From positions 5,161,691 to 5,225,690 of the forward strand of contig CBDFKD010000002.1 of the NCBI GenBank assembly GCA_965248695.1: DNA of 64,000 nucleotides, in the 5' to 3' direction. Position numbers and translations under genes: made by a program. Below are positions 9,420-19,562 of this stretch, piece after piece. The stretch is from Acidobacteriota bacterium (GTDB lineage: Bacteria > Acidobacteriota > UBA890 > WLXD01). Under the pieces are notes generated by a model that saw only the letters and a list, made by a program, of their open reading frames with translations, was not told the DNA's origin and ran no database searches. The first letter of the stretch is position 1. Every line of letters begins with the position of its first letter.

Positions 9420-10901
9420 TCAATCGCCCGTTTGGCCGAACGTCTCCATGTACCACTTCACGAACCGAGCCGGGCTCCCCTCGTGAGTGGCGTAGCGGCC
9501 AGCGCTGTAGCCGCCCGACTGGATACCGAGGTGGTTGTTGCCGGTAAGCCAGATGTCTTCCATCGTCGTGACGTGCCACAGCGCCTTGAGCTCGTCCGGA
9601 TCGTAGTCGCGCCCCTCGACCGCATCCGGATGCACGAGCCAGATGACCTCGTTGTCGGTTCGGTCGTGCGCACGCGGTGTGTATCGGGCGATCATGACGT
9701 GGTCGTCGTAGCCCTGCCAGTAACCGGTTTGCCAGCGGGTCGTGGCGATATCGGTCTCATGGGTCCACGCGATCCTGGTTGGCAGGAGAGGAGCGACGGG
9801 GTTGCCATCCATGGACCCAGTGACGAACCCCGGGTTGAGCTCGCCGTCAACGTCGCCATAGCCGCCCATGCCTGACGCCCGTCGTTCGGCCGCTGCCGGG
9901 ACCCACTCGTCGACCGCCGTCGCGTGGGCGGCCTTCTGTTCGTCGGTGCGCTCTTCGTCGTAGTTGTGCGCTTTCACCAAGGACCCGTGCGCTGGTCCGC
10001 AGTGGTAGCACTCGATGAAGTTCTCCGTCGCGAGCTTCCAGTTCGACTTCAGCGGGTAGTACTCGCGGGCCGCGACCTTGAGCTTGTCGAAGCGGTAAAT
10101 TTCGTTCAGCGCTCGCACACGAGTCACGGTCGATTCGAACTCGGGGGGCGAATCCGATCGAGATAGATTGATGAAGATCTGGCCAGCGGCGACGCGCACA
10201 TGGCAGGGGAGAAGTCCGTTGTCCGCCGGGTCGAAATCGTCCTGCATGCCATAGGCGTAGATCAGACTTCCTTCGGTGTCATACGTCCAGGCGTGGTACG
10301 GACAGCGGAACACCGGCGAGTTGCCGTTCTGGCCAAGCTGCTTCACTGACAAGCGTGGATCCTGCGGCCTCGTATCCGCGTCGTGGCGGCACACCCGTGA
10401 GCCGCGGTGCCGGCAGACATTGTGGAAGGCGCCGACACTTCCGGTCTGGCTACGAACGAGCAGGATGCTCTCCGAGCGCCCGAACTCGAAAACGAAGAAA
10501 TCGCCCGGGCTCGGAATGCGGCTCGCCTGGTCGACGTACTGCCAGAGATTCTCCGCCAGGAAAGCCTCCTCCACCGCATAGTGCTTCGGGTCCAGGTAGT
10601 ACTCGGCCGGAATCGTGGTGCCTTCTTTCCAGCCGTTGATGCCGGCGTTCTCGGGCACGGTTACTGCGAACCGTGGCGCACCCTTGCCACCGTAGCCCGG
10701 TGCTTCCGCCGGCAAGTCTTTGCGGGCAACCGCAACCGGCGAGCCGATCGCATTCGCTGTTGATGGCCCCTGTGGTGGCGCACCGAACAGGGAGTTGGGC
10801 AAAGCGATTGCCGCGGTCCCAGCGGCTACCGAGGACTTGGCGAACGTGCGGCGGCTTACGCGCTGTCCGCCGTTGACGTCGTGACTGTCCTCGTTGCTCA
10901 T
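9420..10901 (-). CDS. Rieske non-heme iron oxygenase alpha-subunit-like protein with Tat signal
   Basis: Tat motif RRTFAKSSVAAGTAAIALP; Rieske 2Fe-2S motifs CRHRGSRVCRHD…CPYHAW; mononuclear iron motif ENFIECYHCGPAH. Confidence 0.75.
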   Translation of the reverse strand: MSNEDSHDVNGGQRVSRRTFAKSSVAAGTAAIALPNSLFGAPPQGPSTANAIGSPVAVARKDLPAEAPGYGGKGAPRFAVTVPENAGINGWKEGTTIPAEYYLDPKHYAVEEAFLAENLWQYVDQASRIPSPGDFFVFEFGRSESILLVRSQTGSVGAFHNVCRHRGSRVCRHDADTRPQDPRLSVKQLGQNGNSPVFRCPYHAWTYDTEGSLIYAYGMQDDFDPADNGLLPCHVRVAAGQIFINLSRSDSPPEFESTVTRVRALNEIYRFDKLKVAAREYYPLKSNWKLATENFIECYHCGPAHGSLVKAHNYDEERTDEQKAAHATAVDEWVPAAAERRASGMGGYGDVDGELNPGFVTGSMDGNPVAPLLPTRIAWTHETDIATTRWQTGYWQGYDDHVMIARYTPRAHDRTDNEVIWLVHPDAVEGRDYDPDELKALWHVTTMEDIWLTGNNHLGIQSGGYSAGRYATHEGSPARFVKWYMETFGQTGD

Positions 10902-11036
10902 CTACTTCGCCTCTCGACTATTCGAACGTTGGTCGACTCGCGCTTTCGCGAACTCGCCGAGCTTCAACGAACGAAAACCGCGGGAGCCGACGAGCAGATC
11001 GGCTCCCGCGGATTCACTAGCCAACTGACAGAAAGC

Positions 11037-12557
11037 TCAATCGCCGGCCTGGACAATCTCCTTCATGTACCAGTTGATGAAGCTCGACGGCCCGCCCTCG
11101 CGCGTTCCATACCGGCCGCCGCTGTATGCGCCGGACTCGACGCCGTCGTGGTTGTTGTCGGTGATCCAGATATCCTCCTGGATCGTGACGTGCCACAGCC
11201 CCTTGACGTGTTCCGGGTCGTAGTCACGGCCCTCGACTGCGTCGGGGTGCACCAGCCAGACGATCTCGGCGTCAGTGAACTTCTCGTTGCGCGGCGTGAA
11301 CCGAACCACCATGACGTGATCGTCGTAGAACTGCCAGTATCCGGTCGACTCTCCGGTGGTCGCGATGATCGTACGGTGGTCGCCTTCCTTTCTGCCGGGC
11401 AGCCAAGGTGCAGCCTGCTTGCCGTCGATCGTGCCAGTGACAAACCCCGGGTTGAGCAGACCAGTGAGGTTCTCATACTGGGGCTCGCCGCCCATACCTC
11501 CTCCGCCCATGCCGGCATCTTCATCGTCGCGACGACGACGGCTGTCCTCCGGAACCCAGTCCGCCACGGCAGCAGCCTTTTCGTTCATCTGCTGGTCGCT
11601 GAGGTCGTGGTCCCAATTGTGCGTCGTCACCAGGGGTCGGTGGGCCGGGCCGCAGTGGTAGCACTCCTTGAAGTTCTCGAGCGCCAGCTTCCAGTTGGCG
11701 TTGATTGGGTAGGACTCGCGCGCCGCGACCTTGAGGTCTTTCAAGCTGTACTCGGGGGCCAGCCGCCTGAGGGCGGTAACTGCCGAATCGAAATCCGGCG
11801 GCGTGTCTGACTTCGACAGGTTGACGAAGATCTGGCCTTCGGTAACCCGCGTGTGGCACGGGAGCAAACCGTTGTCGGCCGGGTCGAAGTCGTCCTGCAT
11901 GCCGTAGGCGTAGATAAGGCTGCCCTCGGTGTCGTATGTCCAGGCGTGGTACGGGCAGCGGAACACGGGTGAGCTGCCGCTCTGGCCGAGCTGCTTGACC
12001 GACAGACGCGGATCGCTCGGCTTCGAGTCGGAGTCGTGACGGCACAATCGCGATCCGCGGTGACGACAGACGTTGTAGAACCCGCGCACCTCGTTGTCCT
12101 GGCCTCGAACGATCAGAATGCTCTCGGAGCGACCGAACTCGAAGACGTAGAAGTCGCCCGGGTTCGGAATGCGGCTCTCCTGGTCGGTGTACTGCCAGAA
12201 GTTCTCCCCGACGAATTTCTCGTCGGCTTCGAAATGCTTCGCCTCGATGTAGTACTCGGCGGGAATCGTCAGGCCCTCTTTCCAGCCGTTGACGCTCGCC
12301 TTCTTGGCCACCGGGCCGGTGAGCGGGGCTGCGCCCCGGCCGCCGTAGCCAATGTTCTCGTTGCGCGCTTCGACGCGCGCGGCGCGGCCATAGGTGGCCG
12401 TGGTTGCGGTCGTCGTTGCGGCCGTTGCCGGGGTAGCGCCGAAAAGCGATTTCGGGAGAGCGACGGCGGCGGTGCCCGCGGCAACCGAGGACTTGGCGAA
12501 CGTGCGGCGGCTTACGCGCGGCCCGCCGTTCTTGTCGTGGTCGTCCTTCTTGCTCAT
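11037..12557 (-). CDS. Rieske non-heme iron oxygenase alpha-subunit-like protein with Tat signal (tandem paralog)
   Basis: Start ATG at 12557 with AGGAGA RBS; Tat motif SRRTFAKSSVAAGTAAVALP; CRHRGSRLCRHD…CPYHAW; ENFKECYHCGPAH. Confidence 0.75.
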   Translation of the reverse strand: MSKKDDHDKNGGPRVSRRTFAKSSVAAGTAAVALPKSLFGATPATAATTTATTATYGRAARVEARNENIGYGGRGAAPLTGPVAKKASVNGWKEGLTIPAEYYIEAKHFEADEKFVGENFWQYTDQESRIPNPGDFYVFEFGRSESILIVRGQDNEVRGFYNVCRHRGSRLCRHDSDSKPSDPRLSVKQLGQSGSSPVFRCPYHAWTYDTEGSLIYAYGMQDDFDPADNGLLPCHTRVTEGQIFVNLSKSDTPPDFDSAVTALRRLAPEYSLKDLKVAARESYPINANWKLALENFKECYHCGPAHRPLVTTHNWDHDLSDQQMNEKAAAVADWVPEDSRRRRDDEDAGMGGGGMGGEPQYENLTGLLNPGFVTGTIDGKQAAPWLPGRKEGDHRTIIATTGESTGYWQFYDDHVMVVRFTPRNEKFTDAEIVWLVHPDAVEGRDYDPEHVKGLWHVTIQEDIWITDNNHDGVESGAYSGGRYGTREGGPSSFINWYMKEIVQAGD

Positions 12558-12816
12558 TTGCGTTCTCCTGGGCCGCGGCAGCGGTGATCGGTCTGGAAGT
12601 CCAGAAGTTCTCCCTCGGCGCCTGGTGCCCGGAAGCGGCACTCACCCCACTTACGCACGCGCAGAGAACCTACTTTCACTTGTCTAGGTACTACGGTTGC
12701 GGCCGCACTACAACTGGCCGGGCGCCGACCTCCGTATCTTTATCCGGAGCCGGAGCCGCAGCACCTCCTGCTGCATCTATCATCCTTCCATGCCGGTGAA
12801 CGGTCGACCGTACCCC

Positions 12817-14630
12817 TCAGGTACGTTCCGCCCAGGGGTATTGGAACTCGGGACGAATCACGTCGGTCAGCAGCTCCTGCACGGCGCGGTGTGCCTGCTC
12901 GAAGGCCGCCTGGGTTAGCGAGATGGCTGCGGCGTCCGAGTTGGCGATCGTGATGCGCCCGAAACGCTGTCGCCCAACGACCCATGGCGCCTCGTCATAA
13001 CCCCAGTCGGGGTCATACAGGTCATTGGCGCCGCCCGCATAGCCATGCGGCCAGCGGTTGACGGTGATCCCGGCAATGTCGCGCGCCGGGTCGAACCCGC
13101 CGTCGCCGAGCGCCCGGCCGAGCTGGTCGCGGATGCTGCGCTCGAAGGTCTCGAAGCTTGTCGCCTGAAGCTCCTCGCGTCCAGCGCGAAACTGATCTCG
13201 CGCCGACAGTCCGGGCCGAATGGGAAGGCGCTGCAGCCACAACAGGATGGGCTCGTCGGGAGAGGCGGAATGGCGGTAGTCCCCGACGTTGACGCCCCAG
13301 TCCAGATCGATGAACTCGTGGAACCCACCCGGGCTGTGGATGGCACCGACACCCAGGTTGGCAAACGCCGTCCAGTTCTCGATCGCAACCTGCGTGTAGA
13401 CGTACGGCTTCCGTACCGCCAGCTTCAGGGCCTCCTTCTGTGCCTCCGGAACCTCCGGACACAGGTACGGAATCATTGCGTTGTAGCAGGCCATTACGCA
13501 GCTGCCGCCGCCGACGCGGACCGCCCGCCCGTTCTGCACGTAGGTCACCGCGACCTCGTTGGCTGCGCGTCGCTCGCCCGCGTGGCGCGCACTCACCACC
13601 GTGCTGTTGAGACGGATGCGTACCGGATTGCCGGCCTTGTCCAGCTGCGAGTAACGGATCGGCGTGGTTACCGAATCCTCCATCGTCGTCCCCGGCAGCG
13701 CCGCCGGAATGAGCCAACGGACCATTAGCCGCGCGATGCTGGCATTGCCGTCCGGGAAGTGAATTCCCTGGAATGGGTTGTCGCCCGGGGCAGCGTTGCG
13801 CGCCGGACGTTCGAGACCCTCATCTTTCGCAGTCGGGCGATCTTCTCCTCGTCGCTCAACTCCGGTAAATAGTCGCGGTTCTCGGTATAGAGCTGCAGGA
13901 TGCCCGCCTTGGCGGCTTCCGATAGGGGTGTTTGGGCAAGGAAGTCGGTCCAGCGACGGCGCGCCTGGGCACCGCGTGCCCGCCTTGGCTCGCCGACGAC
14001 CAGGCGGTCTGTGCCGAAGGTCTCGCGGTCGAAGAACACGCCGCCGCGCAGACCCATCTCACTGTAGAGGTCGTTCGCCGAGCCGCCAGGGAAGCGCTCC
14101 GCGCTCACGCCGATATCCTCGAGGAGATCCTTGGCCTCCGCCGGATAGTACCCGGTGATGAATTGGGTGCCGCCGTAGCCGATCAACTGCCGGTCGCCGA
14201 CGGTGAACTCGACGCGTTTGGCATGCCCACCGAAGTCGTCATGATTGTCGAGAACGAGCACCCGGGCTTCGGGGAGCGCCTTGCGAAAGTAGTAGGCGGC
14301 GGCAAGGCCACTGAGCCCGGCGCCGACCACCACCAGGTCGTACTGCTCGCCCGATTCCTCTGCCTCGTTCCAGGTCTTGCCGTAGCGCATCTCGTGCGCC
14401 ACCTCGAAGGAACCGTCGTGGCTGCCGCGCATGCCGGTGAGCCTCGGCGGGTAGTAGCTTTCCGGGTCCTGTGTGGGCGTCGCATGGCTGCCTGGGGGCT
14501 GGCCGGTAGGCACGGTGGCGGAGGCTCCAATCGCTGCTGCCGAGCCTCCAACGGCGACGCTGCTGCCGTTAAGGAAATCCCTTCGAGTGATTCGGCGGTC
14601 CATACCAAGCTGCTTGTCAGTCCTTTTCAC
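12817..14630 (-). pseudogene. Disrupted paralog of the Tat-signal FAD oxidoreductase (internal deletion of about 215 bp causing frameshift)
   Basis: N-part (13725..14630) and C-part (12817..13725) are each collinear with gene 3267..5261. The junction RLRKM|GLERP skips about 70 aa of the intact paralog and the downstream frame is out of register. Confidence 0.65.
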
Positions 14631-14778
14631 GGTCGAGTCCCCTTCTCCAGTTTTCGATCGGATACGGCTCGGTATGGACTTCCTGCGCCGGGATACTGGA
14701 CTTCTTGCGCCAGATTGGAAACCCTGTACGGCACTCAGCGAGTTTCTTTGCGCGGTCCCACCGGTGAGGAGGTACGAG

Positions 14779-15288
14779 ATGCGGCAGGTTCAAGGAATGG
14801 GGAAGCTCATAGTGGTCATGGTCGCGGCGGTGTTTGTCGTTGCTTGCGGCGACAGCGAGCCAGCACCGGAGCCGGAGCCAGAGCCCGAAGCGGCAATGCC
14901 GACCGCTGAGGACGAAGTGCGTGAACGGATGATGGAGTTTGTCGGCGCGTATGGCTCCAACGATGTGGAGGGCTACATCGGCTCGTTCGCGGCCGATGGG
15001 ACGCAGTGGTGGCCGGGTCGACGGGTGACGCGCGCCGAGTACCACGATCTGTGGAGCGGCGTTGTCGGCGGCGGCGGTGGTCTGACGGAAGCCAACATAA
15101 GCGATCTACAGATCCACACATCGCCCGGCGGCGACGGCGCGGTGGCATCGTACCTGCTGAAGGTGAAGCGCATCTCGGACGATCCCGAAAGCGTGGATGC
15201 CACTTACCAGATGTCGGCGACTTGGTTTAAGCGCGACGGAAAGTGGGAGATCATTCATTTCCACTGGAACCCTGTTACCAGCGGCTAG
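14779..15288 (+). CDS. NTF2-like/SnoaL-like (DUF4440-like) lipoprotein
   Basis: GGAGG RBS 7 nt upstream of ATG; lipobox VVACGDS; 169 aa. Confidence 0.5.
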   Translation: MRQVQGMGKLIVVMVAAVFVVACGDSEPAPEPEPEPEAAMPTAEDEVRERMMEFVGAYGSNDVEGYIGSFAADGTQWWPGRRVTRAEYHDLWSGVVGGGGGLTEANISDLQIHTSPGGDGAVASYLLKVKRISDDPESVDATYQMSATWFKRDGKWEIIHFHWNPVTSG

Positions 15289-15303
15289 CAGCTCAGGGAG
15301 ACG

Positions 15304-15795
15304 TTGATCGAGATGCGACAAGCAATCGGACGATCTTTGCTGGTAGCGGTCGGCGCGATGGCCATGTTTGCTGCTTCCGCAGCGACCGCGCAGGAGCCTG
15401 AGGTTCTCGAGCAGGAAGTGCGCGATGCTGTCGAGCAGCTCACCGCCACCTACGCTGCGAACGACATCGACGGCTACTTCGCGCTCTACGCACCCGAGCT
15501 CACCTGGTGGGGGCCGAACGGCAGGTGGGACAAGGGGTCCTATCTGGCGTACTGGACCGAGTACATCGAATCTACCGGCGGCCTTGCCTCGGCAGAGAAC
15601 ACCGATGTACAGGTCGCGGTGTCGCCGAGCGGGGATCTGGCGTCAGCGTCGTACCTGCTATCGGTCACACGGGCCAACCCCGGGGATGCGCCCCCGGCGG
15701 TGACCTACCAGATGTCGCCGACCCTGGTGAAACGCAGTGGCAGCTGGACGATCGTCCATCTCCACTTCCAGGTGGTGCCGGAGCCTGAGGAGTAG
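15304..15795 (+). CDS. NTF2-like/SnoaL-like secreted protein (tandem paralog)
   Basis: Signal peptide; shares YQMS..W.KR.G.W.I.H.H motif with previous gene. Confidence 0.5.
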   Translation: MIEMRQAIGRSLLVAVGAMAMFAASAATAQEPEVLEQEVRDAVEQLTATYAANDIDGYFALYAPELTWWGPNGRWDKGSYLAYWTEYIESTGGLASAENTDVQVAVSPSGDLASASYLLSVTRANPGDAPPAVTYQMSPTLVKRSGSWTIVHLHFQVVPEPEE

Positions 15796-15845
15796 ACAGA
15801 CAGGTCGCGCCGGCGGTCCGGTGGCGCAAGGGGGAAAGGCAGGCA

Positions 15846-17801
15846 GTGTCCAATCTGCAGCGGCTCATCGGCTGTGGTGTCGTGCTGGCGATGGTCGGCG
15901 GAGGGCCAATCGCCCTGCACGCCGAAGACGATCGTCCTCCCGGCGAATGGCCGTACTTCGGCGGCGACAAGGCGTTCACGCGCTACTCGGCCCTGGCGCA
16001 GATAAACAGCGACAATGTCGCCGACCTGCAGGTGGTCTGGCGTCGCCCGGCGGTCGACCAGGCGTTTCGGGATGCCTACTCGGAGGTACGCATCCCGGGC
16101 TACTTCCGGTCGACGCCGATCATGCTGGAGGGACTGCTGTTCGCACCCAACGGCGTCGGTCTACTGCGGGCGCTGAACCCGGCGACCGGCGAGACGGTCT
16201 GGGAGCAGGAGCCGTTCGCGCCGACGGTCGGTGAGGCGCGCGGCCGAAGCCCGCGCGGCATCGACACCTGGACCGACGGGACGGATCGGCGGCTGTTCTT
16301 GGTACGCAACGGCCATCTGTACGCCCTCAACGCGCGTACCGGAGAGCCGTACGCCGACTTCGGTGTTCGGGGACGTCTCGATCTGAGCTTCGCTGAGCAG
16401 CGCGCCGGCAGTTTCCGCTGGTCCGCCGGTCCCATCGTCGTGGGCGACGTCATCGTCATTGCCGGAATCACCGGCGGCGCTGGGGACGGCGGCAACCGCA
16501 AGGAGGCCGTGCCGGAGGACGTGCGCGGTTACTCGGTTCGCACGGGCGAGCTGCTGTGGACGTTCAACGTGGTTCCGAAGCCCGGTCAATTCGGCAACGA
16601 CACCTGGGGCGAGGATTCCTGGAAGTCATCCGGCGATCTGGGCTCGTGGTGCTGCGTGACCGCCGACGAGGATCTGGGCTACGTGTATATCCCGCTGACG
16701 GCGCCAACCGCGGCGTACTACGGGGGGCACCGGCCGGGCGACAACCTGTACTCCAATTCATTGGTCGTACTCGACGCCAAGACCGGCAAGCGGGCGTGGC
16801 ATTTCCAGATGGTGCATCACGATGTGTGGGAGTACGACACGGTAGGCCCGGCGACGCTGGGCGAGATCACCGTTGATGGCCGGCGGATCAAAGCCGTGAT
16901 GCAGCCCAGCAAGACGGGTTTTCTGTATGTTTTCGACCGTGCGACAGGGGAGCCTGTGTGGCCGATCGAGGAGCGCCCGGTGCCGCAGTCGAACGTCCCT
17001 GGCGAGCGCCTGTCGCCGACGCAGCCGTTCCCGACCAAGCCCCCGCCGTTCGACATGCAGGGCTTCTCCGAGGACGACCTGATCGACTTCACGCCGGAGC
17101 TCCGGGCGCGAGCGCTCGAGCTCGTGGAGCCGTTCCTGCTGGGCCCGATGTTTACCCCGCCATCTGCGACTGCGGACGATTCGGATGGCAAGCAGGGCAC
17201 GCTGATCAGTCCGGGGGCCTGGGGTTCGGGCAACTGGAATACCGGGGCCTTCGATCCCGAGACCGGGTTCTACTACGCCGTTTCGCACACGATGCCAAAC
17301 GTCTATCCGCTGTCCAGCCCCGACGATCCGGAGGCCACGATCGATTACGAGTGGGGTGATGGGCCCGGCGTCCCGACCATCGATGGGTTGCCGATCTTCA
17401 AGCCCCCGTATGGCCGCATCACGGCCTACGACATGAATCGCGGCGAGCAGGTCTGGATGGTGGCCAACGGTGATGGTCCGCGTGACCATCCACTGCTCGA
17501 GGGGCTCGACGTTCCGCCGCTCGGCATGCTCGGCCGGCCGGCGCCGTTACTTACCAAGAGCTTGCTGTTCCTCGGTGAGAGCAGCGATGCCATCCTCGGT
17601 ATCAGCGTCAACGGCAACAAGTTCCGCGCCTACGACAAGGCCGACGGCAACGTCCTGTGGGAGACGGAGTTGCCCGCCGGCGTCACCGGCGCCCCGATCA
17701 CGTATCTGTACGAGGGCCGGCAGTACATCGTCGTCGCCGTCGGCGGCAACGACGATCCGGCCGAGTGGGTGGCCTTCGCGCTGGACGGGACGACGGATTG
17801 A
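15846..17801 (+). CDS. PQQ-dependent dehydrogenase (quinoprotein alcohol/glucose dehydrogenase family)
   Basis: Signal peptide; hallmark WPYFGGDKAFTRYSALAQINSDNVADLQVVW; repeated beta-propeller W motifs. Confidence 0.8.
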   Translation: MSNLQRLIGCGVVLAMVGGGPIALHAEDDRPPGEWPYFGGDKAFTRYSALAQINSDNVADLQVVWRRPAVDQAFRDAYSEVRIPGYFRSTPIMLEGLLFAPNGVGLLRALNPATGETVWEQEPFAPTVGEARGRSPRGIDTWTDGTDRRLFLVRNGHLYALNARTGEPYADFGVRGRLDLSFAEQRAGSFRWSAGPIVVGDVIVIAGITGGAGDGGNRKEAVPEDVRGYSVRTGELLWTFNVVPKPGQFGNDTWGEDSWKSSGDLGSWCCVTADEDLGYVYIPLTAPTAAYYGGHRPGDNLYSNSLVVLDAKTGKRAWHFQMVHHDVWEYDTVGPATLGEITVDGRRIKAVMQPSKTGFLYVFDRATGEPVWPIEERPVPQSNVPGERLSPTQPFPTKPPPFDMQGFSEDDLIDFTPELRARALELVEPFLLGPMFTPPSATADDSDGKQGTLISPGAWGSGNWNTGAFDPETGFYYAVSHTMPNVYPLSSPDDPEATIDYEWGDGPGVPTIDGLPIFKPPYGRITAYDMNRGEQVWMVANGDGPRDHPLLEGLDVPPLGMLGRPAPLLTKSLLFLGESSDAILGISVNGNKFRAYDKADGNVLWETELPAGVTGAPITYLYEGRQYIVVAVGGNDDPAEWVAFALDGTTD

Positions 17802-18811
17802 CCGCGACAATCGAGCCCCTCCGCATCGGCTTCATCGGTGCCGGCGCAATGGCCACCTGGCAGGTGTACCCGTCGCTACACTTCGCGCCCATTCACCTGC
17901 AGGCGGTTTGCGATCGCGACGAGGCATTGGCCCGTGACACGGCCGGCAAGTTCGGACCGGGGCGCTGGTACACCGACTACCGGGAGATGTGGGCGAGCGA
18001 GGATCTCGAGGCGGTGATCGTTCAGATGCACCCGAAGCCGCGCCAGAAGATCGTGCTGGAGGCTCTCGAGGCCGGCTATCACGTCTTCATTCCGAAGCCG
18101 CCGGCCGCTTCATTGGTGGCAACGGAAGAGCTGGCCGCGGCGGCGCGCCAGGCGCGGCGGACGCTGATGGTCAACTTCCAGCGACGCTTCTGCTTCGGGG
18201 TTCGAAAGGCGCGAGAGATCATGGCGACCGAGTCGTTCGGTGCGATGAGCCAGTTCTTCGGCTCCTTTTGCTGCGGCATCTTCGATCCGGTCCGTGGCCG
18301 CGACTACGAAGACCCGATCCATGCGTACGTGCTCGATTTCGCGCCACACTATCTGGATATAGCCCGGTATATCGGTGGCGAGGTGCAGCAGCTGTCGCTG
18401 TTCCATCAGACGGCCGGTGAGGGCGTCGCGCTGGCCGTTGCCGTGGAGTTCGCAAGCGGTGCGGTCGGGACGCTGCAGCTCAACAGCCAGCGGCTATGGT
18501 GGCGTAACTACGACCGCATCGAGATCACCGGGCAGAGCGAGTACCTCGTTCTCGATGACCTGTGGTCGGTGAAGCACTACGGTCAAGAGCAGAATACCTT
18601 CACCGAGAACTGGAGTGATGAGCGGAGCGGCGAGCTCACCGGCGACGGTCCGTGTCTGAGCGAGTGGGTCAACGCCATCCGCGAGGATCGCGAGCCAGTT
18701 GGCAGCATCGCAGACGCGGTCCGGACCATGCGCTTGTATCAGGCAGTCTGGGACGCGGTCAGAGAAGGACGTTCGGGGGTCGTGTTCGATCGACGGACTG
18801 CTGCCGGCTGA
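17798..18811 (+). CDS. Gfo/Idh/MocA-family NAD(P)-dependent oxidoreductase
   Basis: TTG start overlapping previous stop; Rossmann RIGFIGAGAMA; 337 aa. Confidence 0.7.
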   Translation: MTATIEPLRIGFIGAGAMATWQVYPSLHFAPIHLQAVCDRDEALARDTAGKFGPGRWYTDYREMWASEDLEAVIVQMHPKPRQKIVLEALEAGYHVFIPKPPAASLVATEELAAAARQARRTLMVNFQRRFCFGVRKAREIMATESFGAMSQFFGSFCCGIFDPVRGRDYEDPIHAYVLDFAPHYLDIARYIGGEVQQLSLFHQTAGEGVALAVAVEFASGAVGTLQLNSQRLWWRNYDRIEITGQSEYLVLDDLWSVKHYGQEQNTFTENWSDERSGELTGDGPCLSEWVNAIREDREPVGSIADAVRTMRLYQAVWDAVREGRSGVVFDRRTAAG

Positions 18812-18815
18812 GCCT

Positions 18816-19559
18816 ATGATTGCTCTCGATCGGGTGACGAAGCGGTTCGACTCGGTTGTAGCGATCGACGACCTTTCTTGTGAGTTCCGACGAGGTCAGA
18901 CGCACGTCCTTCTGGGCTCCAGCGGATGCGGGAAATCGACCATCCTCCGCCTCGTGCTCGGCCTGGTATCGGCCGACAGCGGCTCCGTAATGGTCGATGG
19001 ACGTCTGATGGACGCCGCCAGTAGAACCGAGATCCTCGCTGCGATGGGCTACGTCGTACAGGAAGGGGGACTCTACCCACACCTCGATGCCCGCGGCAAC
19101 GTGTCGTTGGCCGCCGAGGCTCGTGGTTGGCCGGCCGATCGAATAGCGCAGAGGATCCAGGATCTGGTGGCACTGGTCGGGTTTGACGCGTCGATCATGC
19201 GTAAGTATCCGCATGAGCTCAGCGGTGGTCAGCGGCAGCGGGTGGGCCTCATGCGCGCCCTGATGTTGGATCCACCGATCCTGCTTCTCGACGAGCCGCT
19301 GGGGGCACTCGATCCGCTCGTGCGCGACGGGCTGCAGGTGCAGCTACGAGAGATCTTTCGCGCCCTCGGCAAGACCGTGCTCCTGGTCACTCATGACATT
19401 CGCGAGGCGGCGATGCTGGGCCAAACCGTCAGCCTGATGACCGAGGGTCGCATGGTTCAGCACGGAGCGTTTCTCGATCTCGCAACGAATCCGGCCAACG
19501 AATTTGTCCGTGCGTTCTTTCAGGCTCAGAAGCCACCACCTCAAATGCGGGGGCTCTGA
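18816..19559 (+). CDS. ABC transporter ATP-binding protein (glycine betaine/choline OpuB/OpuC type)
   Basis: Walker A GSSGCGKST, signature LSGGQRQRV, Walker B LLLDEP. Confidence 0.8.
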   Translation: MIALDRVTKRFDSVVAIDDLSCEFRRGQTHVLLGSSGCGKSTILRLVLGLVSADSGSVMVDGRLMDAASRTEILAAMGYVVQEGGLYPHLDARGNVSLAAEARGWPADRIAQRIQDLVALVGFDASIMRKYPHELSGGQRQRVGLMRALMLDPPILLLDEPLGALDPLVRDGLQVQLREIFRALGKTVLLVTHDIREAAMLGQTVSLMTEGRMVQHGAFLDLATNPANEFVRAFFQAQKPPPQMRGL

Positions 19560-19562
19560 CCG

